Positions 1 to 19,300 of a DNA stretch of 64,000 bases are shown here, piece after piece. The stretch's first letter is position 1, and every line of letters begins with the position of its first letter. Below the pieces are notes generated by a model. The model was not told the origin of the DNA. It ran no database searches and was given only the letters and a program-made list of their open reading frames with translations. The translations under genes and the position numbers were made by a program. The stretch is from Podarcis gaigeae (taxonomy: Eukaryota). Location: assembly GCA_964106915.2 (NCBI GenBank), contig OZ066915.1, one strand, 5' to 3'.

Positions 1-94
1 CAGTTCAATGGAGGATTCAGTCAAGAACAGCTGGATTGGCTTGATGAAGTCCTTACATATGCTGACAAAAATCAAGAAAGAGTTGTAATTATGG
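1..94 (+). CDS. ADPRM: ADPRM penultimate coding exon (5' part lies outside the window)
   Basis: Frame 1 reads [32 protein letters not shown], matching Mn-dependent ADP-ribose/CDP-alcohol diphosphatase. Phase-1 donor G|GTAAGA at 94/95. Confidence 0.93.
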
Positions 95-821
95 GTAAGA
101 CTTTTTCGTTTTTCACTTTTTAAGACACAGCAACTGTCATAGAATATCACAGTATATCTCATGAAATTCTGTTTTTTACAATTCCGACAAGCCATTTCTC
201 AAACCTGAGTCACACCCGCAAAATTGGCCTTTGGAGCGAACTCTGTTCATGTCACAGTGGTCTGATTCTGCCACTATGTGGGCTAGATCCATTTTCAGGA
301 TAGGTTGAGGTCTACAGGAATAGCTATGGCATGCAAATTAAAAATGGATCGTGTGTGCTCTGCACGGTGCTCTGCAAAGCACACGGTGCTCTGCAAAACA
401 AATTAAACTTGGTACACAGACAGGTCCAATTTATGATCTTGCAAATCACCGTCCCTTAAGGAGAGGGTGTAAATCAGAGGTTATGGAAGGAATGGTGCTG
501 GATGTTGGTAAACAGTATAGGGAAATCAGGTTCCTTTGGAGTTCCTGGAACACAAGCAGTAGAACACTTCTTAGAAAAAAGTGCCTTATGAGAGGGTTGC
601 TCGGTCATTAGAACTAGAGGCAAAAGACTGAGGGTTCCCTTCATCTCATTCCACTGCTTTAGCTGACACATGCTAAAATTTGGGTAGTGGGTTTTGATCA
701 CAACGCTTCATTCTTCATAAAGTATACTCTGCCAACCAGAAGATTAAAGGCCAGTGAGAGGTTGCACACCAGGAAGAACATCACAGGAAGGGATACACCA
801 GACTGGCTCCATCCCCTAGGA

Positions 822-957
822 CAGTGTTTCCCAACCTTGGGTCTCCAGCTGTTTTTGGACTACAGTTCCCATCATCCCTGACCACTGGTCTTGCTAGCTA
901 GGGATGATGGGAGTTGTAGTCCAAAAACAGCTGGAGACCCAAGGTTGGGAAACACTG
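822..957. mobile_element. Palindromic hAT (Charlie-type) MITE
   Basis: CAGTGTTTCCCAACCTTGG...CCAAGGTTGGGAAACACTG with near-perfect arms of about 60 bp. 8-bp TSD CCCTAGGA / CCCTAGGG (814-821, 958-965). Confidence 0.9.
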
Positions 958-1926
958 CCCTAGGGAAACAGCAGCTGTGGGGAGTTTGCTTCCCTCTTTG
1001 TGCCAGAGAGAATACTCCGTTCCAACTGATAGTTGCCCTGGGATTGAAGAGAAGTGCATTGTGGCCTCATCTAATTGACCAGAGGACCAAACACTGCTAG
1101 GTTGTGTGTGGGTTTTACAATTTGCTTTAAGCTGCTTTTAGAATCACTCAGTTGAACACCTGAATATAAATCTTCTAACGAAATAAAAAGAGAAACCGTG
1201 TCACCTTGCAAACTCATGATAGAGAGAATCAGGCCTCCAGTTTGGCTTACATTTTATTCTTTCAAGCCCTGAAGTATGTTTGAGCTGTTTTCTCAAAAAA
1301 GAAGTACAGGATAGTTGGAAAATGTGGACTAGTTACTCCTGTTTCTCCCAGTTCCACATCTCTACAAGGATGTCTAAATGACTAGATACAGAATAAGTAT
1401 TATTCAAAGTATAATGTACTCTTCGTGTGTGCATCAAAGTGAGGAACACACATATATATATTGCTTTATTTTAGGTACATTTATTATAGTTAAATTTATT
1501 CAGTTTCAGGTTGTGCAAGGAATGCTTTCCTAAGTATTCATAATGTGTCACATGTATTATTTCAGTACCTTTACAACTACCCCGTAAAGAAGGGCTAGTT
1601 AACCTTGTGAACTTCCGGAAGGTGTTGGACCACAATTGGTGCTCAAACATAAGAAATTGTAATTTTCTACTTGCTACTCAGTGATCTCATCATGATTGGT
1701 CTACCATGTGAATCAGGGACCTTCAGCTCATAACATCTATTCGTAACAGTTTTGCTTAAAAATGACTTCAGGTGCCTGTCTAATTGTGAACATTGCAGAG
1801 AATACTGTATAGCCATTTTCAGCAGAAGCTGCCAAATTATGCAGAACTCAGCAGCTTTAGCATTTGGAGAGCTGTGTTAACTGTGAAATTTCATCTGTTT
1901 TGAGTGCCTCTCTTTCTCCGTTGCAG

Positions 1927-2237
1927 GGCACATACCCATCCACCCCAATTCTTCAAGCGATGTCGCCCTGGCTTGGAATTATAAAGATACCCTTTCTGTC
2001 ATCCACTCGCATCACTCTGTGGTGTGCTATCTTGCAGGCCACCTTCATTTTGGTGGATACTGTTTAGACTCTTATGGAGTTCACCATGTTACTCTTGATG
2101 GGATTATAGAAACTCCTCCAGAAAGCCATGCTTTTGGAACTATACATGTCTATCATGACAGGATGGTATTAGAAGGAAGAGGAAGGATTCTAGATCGAGT
2201 GATGCATTACAAAGGTTATCAGACTTTTCACAGATGA
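1927..2237 (+). CDS. ADPRM: ADPRM last coding exon
   Basis: Pyrimidine tract and TTGCAG acceptor. Reads (G)[44 protein letters not shown]...[44 protein letters not shown]. Contains the metallophosphoesterase His ligands (xH and GHxH). Phase matches the previous exon. Confidence 0.95.
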
Positions 2238-2553
2238 TTGTATTAGGTCTGATTACTATTTAGTGTATTGTGCACTATGCTGGAGTAACTATTTGCCTGA
2301 AGCTCATTTCAGCCCACGGATTGGCATGTTCAACTTGAAGTGTCAAGCAAACTAAATGTCTGCACTGCTTAGTGAGGTGTGGAAATGTAATCAATTACAT
2401 TTGATTCAGTGTTGGGCATTTGTTCTATATATATTTTTCTGATTTTAGAATGTTGGTGTGTAAATTATTTAATATACCATGTATTTTTTTTAGTTGAAAA
2501 TTTATAAATAATTCTATAATTAGAAATGCATACATTCAAATTTGCAAACATAA

Positions 2554-2559
2554 AATAAA
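2554..2559 (+). terminator. Candidate ADPRM polyadenylation signal
   Basis: AATAAA about 320 nt after the stop codon in an AT-rich UTR. Confidence 0.5.
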
Positions 2560-3373
2560 AATTAGTGGCTGGACACCTTCTGTTTAAAATATTAATAATT
2601 GCATATTTACTCAAGTCTGATTATCATACCGTTTGAAGGCTGGACCAAAAGCAAGACTCATAATATTACAGATCATATTTGCAGTGCATTTCACTTTGCT
2701 TGTAGCTTCTAGCACAGAAACTGATGGGTTATTATGCTCTCTCTTAACCTATATTGCCTTACTTGAGACACACTACAGCTTCTGCTTTCTGTCACATCTT
2801 AGTAGGACTGCAAGCTAATCATCAGCATATTGTAATGTGCTCTGCAGATATGTCCAAATGAGGTAGGTGGGGTGTGTGACAGTAAAATTCATACGCAATT
2901 CCAGACAGATTGCTCAGAGACCCAGTTGTTCTATTACAAGTAGTTTTAATTACAGTCTGTAAAACATACAGACACTGCTGTCCCTTCAAGGCTGTTCTGC
3001 AGCTTCAGCTCCACTGGTTTCAGCAGTAAGTTCAAATCACCTCTAGACTCCAGCTACTTCCACAGAAGCACCTGTTTAATTTGATCCAATCCCTTGCAGG
3101 TACCAAGGGCCTGTAGTTAATGCAGCCCTAACCCATGTGGCCTTATTGCAGATATATTATTTCCTTGAAAATCTAGACCAGGATCCAGAAAATTCCATTC
3201 TAATTGTGCTCCAGTTTCCAGGACTCAAGAACATAACAGACAATTTAAAACCACACTCTCAAGGGAACAAACTGATCTCAGCCATGGCTGTGATCGCTGT
3301 TGATTTGGCACAACTGACAAATCAGAGCTGGACAAATAGGCACTAGAACACAGATTCCTTCATTTCCACCTTC

Positions 3374-10326
<6,953 letters not shown>

Positions 10327-10879
10327 TGCTCGCTCGCGTGCCCGCCCCTCTCCCGCCCCACCAGTGGAGAGAGGCGCTCGATTGACCTCAGGCGTGCTCA
10401 TACACGCCCCTTACAAAGCCCCCCGCCCTGCACTCGTAGTCCTGCCATGCACCGCCCACGCCGCGCTCTTCTGACGAAGCGGGCAGGGTCCTCGCCGAGC
10501 GCTGTTGTTCAGCAGAGGGAAAGTTCAGCGCCACAACCGGGAGGCGGAGCAACGCAAGGCAGCTGCCAATCTCTGCTTCAGACCCAGTGCCGGATTTACG
10601 TATAAGCTAAACAAGCTGTAGCTTAGGGCCCCACTCGCTTGGGGGCCCCCAAAAAATGTAAAGGGGGGGGGACTGGATGTACATTTCCAAAATATAAGAT
10701 AAATTCAACAATTACTTTTGTAAAATACATATTTTGTTATGTTCAAATGGCTTTAGATACCCATTAGGTTCATAAATTACCATATAGCATATACAGTATT
10801 CAACCCAAAAACAGCTACAATTTGTTGTTGAAAAAGGTCAGCTGGACACATAAAGGGCCCCATTACATTCAGTAGCTTT

Positions 10880-11223
10880 AAGGTAAAGGGACCCCTGACC
10901 ATTAGGTCCAGTCACGGACAACTCTGGGGTTGTGGCGCTCATCTCGCTTTATTGGCCGAGGGAGCCAGCTTCCCGGTCATGTGGCCAGCATGACTAAGCT
11001 GCTTCTAGTGAACCAGAGCAGCGCACGGAAACGCCGTTTACTTTCCCGTCGTTGTGGTACATGTTTATCTACTTGCACTTTGACGTGCTTTCGAATTGCT
11101 AGGTTGGCAGGAGCAGGGACCGAGCAACGGGAGCTCACCCCGTCACGGGGATTTGAACTGCCAACCTTCTGATCGGCAAGTCCTAGGCTCTGTGGTTTAA
11201 CCCACAGCACCACCCGCATCCCT
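10880..11223 (-). mobile_element. Sauria SINE, copy 1
   Basis: Minus strand starts GGGATGCGGGTGGTGCTGTGGGTTAAACCACAGAGCC (tRNA-derived head with a B-box-like GTTCAAATCC) and ends GGGGTCCCTTTACCTT. Confidence 0.92.
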
Positions 11224-11236
11224 ATTCAGTAGCTTA

Positions 11237-11583
11237 AAAGGTAAAGGGACCCCTGACCATTAGGTCTAGTCGTGACCGACTCTGGGATTGCGGCGCTCAT
11301 CTCGCATTATTGGCTGAGGAAGCCGGCGTACAGCTTCCGGGTCATGTGGCCAGCATGACAAAGCCACTTCTGGCGAGCCAGAGCAGTGCACAGAAACGCT
11401 GTTTACCTTCCCGCCGGAGCGGTACCTATTTATCTACTTGCACCTTGACGTGCTTTCGAACTGCTAGGTGGGCAAGAGCTGGGACCGAGCAACGGGAGCT
11501 CACCCCATCGCACGGATTTGAACCGCCGACCTTCTGATCGGCAAGTCCTCGGCTCTGTGGTTTAACACACAGCGCCACCCGCG
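11237..11583 (-). mobile_element. Sauria SINE, copy 2
   Basis: Second near-full-length copy, similar but not identical to copy 1, flanked by TTCAGTAGCTTA. Confidence 0.92.
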
Positions 11584-13339
11584 TTCAGTAGCTTAGGACC
11601 TCATCAGACCTAAATCTGGCCCTGCTCAGTCCAGTGTATTAACTAAAGACCCACTTGCCAGGACTTCAAAGCTGACCTGGTTGTACCTTCCTTTTCCAGG
11701 CAGCAGACCTTGCCCCTTAACTGCCAGAAGCCCGAAAAAGTCTCTCTGAAATCACTCCAGTAACAGTGGCAGTAGGGTCACCAACAAGGGGGATGTATGA
11801 AAAATATATGTTGCCATGTATAATTTACTGGAAGCTTCTCCCTTTTGAGAAAAACGGGTTTAAAACTGTTATGAAATAAATATTTTCATACTGCTCCAGG
11901 CAGCTGTCAAGTGAGAACTGGGCACATCAGTTCTTGCACTGTGGACATATTTATGCTGGCATGACCTTTCATATACATGAAACCAATTAAATATGCTTCT
12001 TGAGGCTTTTATTTGCGTTTCCTTTCCTGGATTCCAGCTAATTGGGAAGTGTTGGCCAATTACACTGGAAAATTATGCTGTGACCCTAAACACATACTGG
12101 TCCCAGGCTGAGTGATATACAGCCATTTCTTCAGTGGAGCTTCCAGGCACATTGAAAGAACCATATTTCTGGAAAATTATATATTAGAATTGGGCTGCAA
12201 ACCTGTACTCATATAGTTGCAAGCCCCAATAAACTCAATGGGTAGGCATGCATAATATTGCATTGCAAACAGGGCTTACATCCAAGTTAAAAGTATTATA
12301 TGAGCTTAATTCAAATTAATGGGAAATTGATAGGAAGAAGTAGGTACCATACAAGATTTCACACTTGGGCTATGTCAGTATGAGAAGCACCATAGGGAAG
12401 AGACAAAAGGGGCCACTGAGAACTTTGGGATCAGGTTTGATGAGTTTCGGCATGTTGATCTTAATTCTGCAAAGGTGGAAGAAAACAAAAGAACTACCTG
12501 TTATCTCATTGAATAAACATGAAAGATGAAATGGGAAGGATAAGATTCATTTGCAGAAAAGAGGAAACAGGGTAATTCAGGATTTAATGGAAGCGCTTGG
12601 ATTGGAACATAAGCATATGGGACAAGTCATTTATTTAAATACAATTATATTCCACCTGTTTTTCAGAATAAATCAAGGTGGCTAAGAATAAAAAGGTTAC
12701 CAAAAGAAAGAAAGATTGCTGTCCCTATTTTTTTTTTAATCCACATATGTTAGTATCAGGAAAGGCAGGTCATATGTGAACATAATTTTCGTTATTCCAT
12801 GTGATTTTTCCATAAACGTCTTGTAGCTTTATTTGTGAACATATTCCAGAATGCCCACAGAACCCACAAAGAAGATATGTGATTCATTTTATATAGAAAT
12901 GTCTTTTCATTCAACATTGCATCATTTGAAAGAATCAGGAAGTAATTCTAAGATATAATCTCGTTTGAGGTATTTAATCACTATATTTCAAGATACAATG
13001 TTTTGTTATCTAGTTGCAAAAGATTCAGGAGAGTTATGGAAAAGATGTAAGTTGTTGGAATAAGTTGCTTGCTGCCGTGGCTCATTTACCAGGACAGGGG
13101 GAGGCGAGCAAATAGGTGTATAAAATTAAGCGCAGGAGAGAACGCTAAACTAGACGGACCTTCCGTGTGATGCGGCAAGGCTCTCCTCATATGCGGAGAA
13201 AGAAGAGCGGGTTTCTCTCTCTCATAATACAGGTACTAGATCTGGGTTCATCCGAAAGATAGGAGGTTGGGGGATGATGCAGGACAGACAATAGGAAGAA
13301 TCTCTTCAGCCCGTTTAAAACCACCGAAGTCGCTGTCAC

Positions 13340-14720
13340 AACATGAGAGATGGCCGCCAAGCTGGGCTGTTTCAGAAAGGGGATTAGACCAACAAGGCGG
13401 CCAATGGCTACCTCTCGTCTCTACTGCCGTCAGTCATCTGAATGACCGGCTTCTGGGGCATCTGCGAGTCGGGGACAACGGGGCTGCGGCGGCGGGGCAT
13501 CAGCTTCGCCATTGTGGGAGGCGGCGGGTGCAAGACGAGCCGGGCCTGCCGCCGCCGCCGCCGGATCCAGCTGGGTCTCTCCTCCTCGCGCCTCCTTTTC
13601 CTGCCTCCCTCCCTCTTCCTGCGTCTTTTTGGGCGAAGCCGTCGGAGGCATCATCCGTCCCGCCCGCTGCCTGGGAGGGGTTACCCTGATGCCGCGAGGG
13701 TGGGAGGGGACGAGCGGACGGCGGAGGCTGCAAGCGGAGCCCCAGTAGCGCCGAGAGAGAGAGAGAGAGGGAGGAGGAGAAGGAGGACGGCGACGACGAC
13801 GACTGGCGGTGGTTTGGGTCGGTCGGGGCCAGGGAGGCTGGCGCCTGTTGTCGCGAGTCCCGGCTCCGGGTGTACCGCCAGCTGCCTGCTGGGGCTGAAG
13901 GGAGCAGCGAGCGGGGCAGGGAGCAGCAGCAGTAGCGCGCGGGCGAGGAGCCGAGGGCGGGCGCGCGGGACGGGCAAGGAGGGGGTCGGGTCCGCTGCTC
14001 CTCCGCTCCTGCTGCATTGCAGCCTCCCTCCTCCTGCCGTCCGTCCCCTTCTCCCTCCTTCCCTCCCTCCCTCCCTCCGCGTCTGGCGCGCTGCACAATG
14101 GCGGCTCCCGGCCCCGGCTCTGGCTCCGGCGGCGGCGGGTCCCAGGCGGCGCACACGACAGTCAGCAGCATGCAGGGTAAGGGAAGCGCGTCTGGGGAGG
14201 AGCGGCGGCGGCGGCAGCCGGGCCCGAAGCGACGCCCGCGGAGCCAGCTGTAGGCCGCGCGGCGCTTCGCTCCCTTCCAACCCTCGCCGCCCACCACACG
14301 CTCCCCGCCTGGCTGGCTGGCTGCGGGGACGGGAGGGGGCGCCCGAGCTGGACCAGGCCTCGCCGGAGACCGAGAGGCCTCGGCCGCCTGGAGTTCTCCA
14401 GCGAAGCCGAGAAGAGCCGCTTTCCCGTGTGGGGCTCCGCTGGGTGGGAGGGGGGTGTGGTGTGTAGGGAGGGAGACGAGGAAAGCGGGGCGGCGGCGGC
14501 GAAGCTTCGTGTGTGTGAACAGGCGCTTCTGGGCGGCAACACGGGTAGGGGTGCAGTTGGGGGTGGCGGCTATACGTGTGCCTAGATGTACGTGTGACGG
14601 GAAACTCGGGGCCTTCTATCTCCTCTGCCCGGGGCATGTGGGCGGTTTCCGGGTGATGGGAGTAACTACGGTTCGGGGTGTAAGTCTGGGGAGGGTGTGG
14701 GGAGCCTAATCGCCAGGGCG
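13340..14720 (+). promoter_or_regulatory. MAP2K4 CpG-island promoter / 5' UTR
   Basis: About 1.4 kb of very GC/CpG-rich sequence over exon 1. CCAAT at 13401 and YY1-like GATGGCCGCC at 13349. Confidence 0.8.
14098..14176 (+). CDS. MAP2K4: MAP2K4 exon 1
   Basis: acaATGG; [26 protein letters not shown](G)|GTAAGG. In-frame upstream TAG at 13933. Confidence 0.93.
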
Positions 14721-16271
14721 TGATCACTACTGGGAAAACAGAATTAATAAGCAAAAAATACGAGGCTGACGTCTGGCTGACTAACGAAGGTATGTGTCGG
14801 AAGAACGCATGCGTTAAGGTCGGGGGTAGAGGTAGCATGTCCATGTTGCTCATGTCTGCTCAGAAGTAAGTCCTGTTGAGTTCAAGGGGATTTACTTTCC
14901 GGTCCGTGTGTACAGGATTGCAGCCTAATTGCCCTTGGGGTGGGGGTGGGGTGTAGGGGTAAACAAAAACTAGGTCTGTGTAGGCCCCATAGATTTAAAG
15001 CACCTCTCTAAGAGTCCTGAGAACCTTAATTTAACCCCCACAGAGCTACAATTCCCAGCACCTTTGCAGATTACAGTCCCCATAAGTTGGTGGCGTGTTT
15101 GTGTGTGCTTTAAATGTATGATGTGTCTGGAGTCCATAAGTGGTTTTTCTGTAGGCATGCAGGGGGAAAGTGGTCTTGTGTGGGGTTTTTTAGGAGTGCA
15201 ATATGTAGTTAGATTAGATGTGAGGCCTTTCTGACATTGAAGTTAGAAGGTGGTTTTGATTGAATGGGGAATGCATAACAGTGAGTGCTTCTCTGCTTGA
15301 ATAAAGGGAGTACTGTATCAGATTATTAGTAGGTGTGCTTGTAATTAAGGAGGATGCAGAGTGCATGAATGTGAGATGTGGATGGAAAGTGCAAGGTCCT
15401 TTTCTCAGCGTTGTTGCATATTGAGCAAGTGTTTTTGAGAAACAGATGTTGGCTTACCACCCAATAATTCTGATTATGCCCATAAGAAGCCTCTCTGTGT
15501 ACCTACTAAATTTTTGGAGAGGGACACTTTGATACCTATGTACTTGGTAAAATATTTAACAAAATAAAGCTGAAAGTATATCTTAATATTTACAATGTAA
15601 ACTCAACACTGTTTTCCTAACAACTCCATTTAATACATAGAAACTAAAATTAGTGGTGTATCCGGTGAAATGAGTATAGGATTAGGTTTGTACTGTTGAA
15701 ATAATGAATGGTGCTGTGAGACCAGTGTTTTAACACTTCATAATCAATTCTCTCCTCCCACAAATGTGTATGATCACTCACTGCAGTATCTTGGGACACG
15801 GTGTTGTCAGGATTGGTATACAGCTTTCGAACCAGCTAACCTGGAAAGCCTGTTATGCCCTGCAGTGTACAGGATTTTGGACATAACTGATAGCAATTGA
15901 AGGGAATCTCTAGTAGGAGGACTGTGAAAGACATCTGGAGAGCTGCTGCCAGTCAAAGTAGACAATACAGAGTTTTAGGGACTGGTGGCCTGACTCAGTA
16001 CAAGGCATCATCACCTGCTCATTATATGCTAGGAAGCTGCCCTTGCCACTTTTCAGCACCAGCCTATGTACATGCAGCAAAATGCTCATGTTCGCAATTG
16101 TCAAATACCTGTATGTTGTTTGCCTTCTATTTCATGTATAGAAGTGCTTCCCACATAGGGATTTTGTTGTGTTTGAAGTATCCTTCATAGATACATACAA
16201 ACACCAGAATAGTAAATGTTATTGAGCTTTACTGCTGAGTTGGCACTGGACACTAACCACCACCTTTTTTG

Positions 16272-16314
<43 letters not shown>

Positions 16315-19300
16315 AAAGTGTTCAAGGTCAGTATCTGAGAAGCTACATATATATTGTTATATATAACTGCAAAGCTATGTAGACTTCTCTCTTAAGCTGT
16401 ATTAGATGGAGGAAAGTACAAGTATAGGGAGGTGTTTGTTTTTTATTTACACTCCAAATGCTCTTGATTAGGTAATTATATGAGAGGTAGATTGTTCATT
16501 GTACAACTCTGATGGTACTGTAAGCATCTCACAGTTTTGTTGCAATATATTATTTTTTGTTTAGCACCTGGAAGTGCAGTACCACACTCACTGAGTTTCT
16601 GTGGGTAACAAGAAAAATGTTTGCCAGATGCTACTAACATGTTTGGCCTAATACTTGGTTAGATCCTCAAGCTATTAGATCCTTAGTAGCTCTTGTAGCA
16701 AGACACTCCCCTTATTGGGCTGTTTCTTGTTTGCTTAGTGTTTTAGTTTGGGATCTCAAGAGTGTTGATTGGTATATAGCAGGCTATTTTGCTTTTTCCT
16801 TTCCTTTTGTTTTTAGGCCGTTAACTACTCCTAGTATTATTCCCAGGTAACATTCTGTGTTAACATGGGAAGGATAGGAACACACTCCATACTCTTGTAG
16901 TAGAAATGGTACTATGGGCACCTAGGAGTTAACTCTCAATAATACCCATGCATTTGGGTGCTCAAGTAAACCAGTATGCTATGATATTTGAATTTTGATT
17001 ACTCACCTGGGTAGTCTTGCGGTAAACGAGTGTTTGTTCCTCTGCATATTGGAAAACAGCCCACATTGAAAGGCAGGCTGGTTCCCACATTATGGTGTTA
17101 AGTAAGGGAAATGGCTTTCGAACCACTCTTTTGCCTAAAATATGCAGGATATCTATTTTTAACCCTTAACTTTGGTTGTTGCAAAGTAAAAGTTTATTGC
17201 AAGGGTTTGCTGAACCACTCTGTGAACGCCACCTGTACTTGTGTCTTTCTAATGAGTAGGCACATTTGAATCAAAGTGAGTGATCACAGAAATATGTTAC
17301 AGGTGTACATTAATTACTTAATGTAAAATCACAGTGTGGGAGATGACCTTTAGTCTTGTATAGAACCAGTTCTCTTTACTAGGCTGCAGACTGCCCAGAT
17401 GTGCTTCTCTTTGAAGGCAAAAAACAGTTGGTTTTCTTCTATCCTGCCTTTCTGTCTGCTTTCAGTGTTAGAAATGTAAGTATTCATTCCTGGCAAGAAA
17501 TTTACCTGGTGATTTTATTGAAACTCATCACCTAATTCGTTCAAAGGCTATGATGAATGAAAACTAGGAAATTTTCATTATTAAATCAGTATGGAAGAAT
17601 CTTGTATTTGTAATTCAGTCCAGTGTATCTCTCCTCACTGAGATCTACTGAGTCCAGGTGATGTGCATAGGACTGCAGCCTAAATCATTGGTCTGAGTCA
17701 GCTTCATTTCTGTGCACTTGTTCTGTAAAAAAAAAAGCTGTGTTCTCATTGCTGGTTATATAACCATCTAAAAATTGTTGATTTTGAATTGAATTGAAAG
17801 TGCCTACGCTAAATTTTAAAAAACAGACATGTAGGGCCATAGTACTGTACATCATAATCTTTTCAGGTTCTCCTTGTGCTTGTTTACTGAATTAAGAAAT
17901 CCTAAACAACTCCTTTTTACTCAAAACTTGTATCAAACTGCATTAGAAGCAGGGCTTTTTTTCCAGCCAGAACTCCCCTGAACTCCGTTCCGGCACCTCT
18001 CAGGTGGGTGCCATTGCTATTATAAGAGAACAAGGGAGGCGTTCATGGTGAGTTCCAGCACTTCTTTTTCTCGAAAAATAGCACTGATTAGAAGTGTGAG
18101 CGCAAGCAGAATTTGAGGAGTTGTATTGGATACATAAGCTTGTGAAAAACCTATGGTTCTCTTTTCAACAAGGTATTAATAGACCAGTGGGCCTGTTTAG
18201 ACGCCAGTTCATGCGTTGATACAGCAGTAAATAACGTGTAGCTCTCATGCACACAAGAGCTTCCTCATTTACCTGTGGCAGGGTGGCATCCCATTACATG
18301 CAAGGAGCTACCCATCACTAAGAGCTCCATATGAGCATTGGAGGTCCTGTGAGTCTTTAGATCAGAGCAGTGAATTATAATTAAACGTCAGAAACAGTCC
18401 TGTAGCTCTTTCATGCTGTGGAGTTGAGTTTGGTATTTCTCCTTCCCAAGATTTATTTGGATGGTAAGTGACATACTACATCAGTATCTGGTTCAGTTCA
18501 CTCATACCATTTCCCCTGTGTCATTTCCCACAACATAGGTTTTTGTTGCATAAATGTAGTATAAGTGCCAGCATAGGAAGATTTCAGTCAAGAGCTCAAG
18601 TGGATGTTCTCCTCATGCAGGAAAAGTGGACCAGTGTTACCAGCTAAAAGCATGTGAAGAGTGCATTAGCCTCTTCTTGGAGTGAACTGTTGGATATTGA
18701 TTGATTTTGACCCTATTTCTGTTCTGAATGAAATACTTTGTTATACCACTATAATGCTTCACTTGGAAAATGTTTTTGTGCATTCCAAGAATTTAGTGCT
18801 CGGAAAGACAATTCAATACTAGGTGTGTGTCGTCGTCCCCCCCCCATGACTCCATGGCTTGATTCTCATCCACAGTCTTATCAAGGGTACTTGAGATATA
18901 TAATATTATATATTCCAGAAAGTCCCAACTGATTGAATGGGTGGCAAAATGGCAAATGCAGTTCAGTGTAAACAAGTGTAAAGTGCTGCATGTCACGACG
19001 ACAAATATTAATATTAAACACATGTTCCCGGAGTCTGAGAACAGGACAGAGGCCTTGGGGTCGTAGTGGATAGCTCAGTGATAATACAAAATCTGTGGTG
19101 TGACTGCATTTGGAATACTGTGTACAGTTCTGGATGCCTCACCCCTGAAAGAATCTTGTAGAATTGGAAAAGATTCAGAAAAGAGCAACCAAAGCAATCA
19201 AGGGGATCAAGTAATTCCACTATGAGAAAAGCTTGTCATGTTTGGGACTTTTTTGTTTAGAGAAAAGGCGAGTAAGAGTTGACATTATAGAAGTTTATAA

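Larger units (their letters stand above)
10585..11624. mobile_element. Non-autonomous hAT-like element containing two nested SINEs
   Basis: Termini CAGTGCCGGATTTA / TAAATCTGGCCCTG (imperfect 14-bp TIR). Degenerate 8-bp TSD TTCAGACC / CTCAGTCC. Confidence 0.7.

Noticed and set aside
355-398. Short tandem duplications (CACGGTGCTCTGCAAA x2; also 40340-40386 and 57967-57997)
   Set aside because: Ordinary slippage duplications with no spacer structure. Not CRISPR-like.
10880-11583. tRNA genes
   Set aside because: The Pol III A/B-box-like motifs belong to SINE heads and there is no cloverleaf.
13267-14853. Long overlapping ORFs (341, 390, 265 and 222 aa) on both strands
   Set aside because: Low-complexity R/G/P/A products expected from a stop-poor CpG island. 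The real coding part is MAP2K4 exon 1 (14098-14176).
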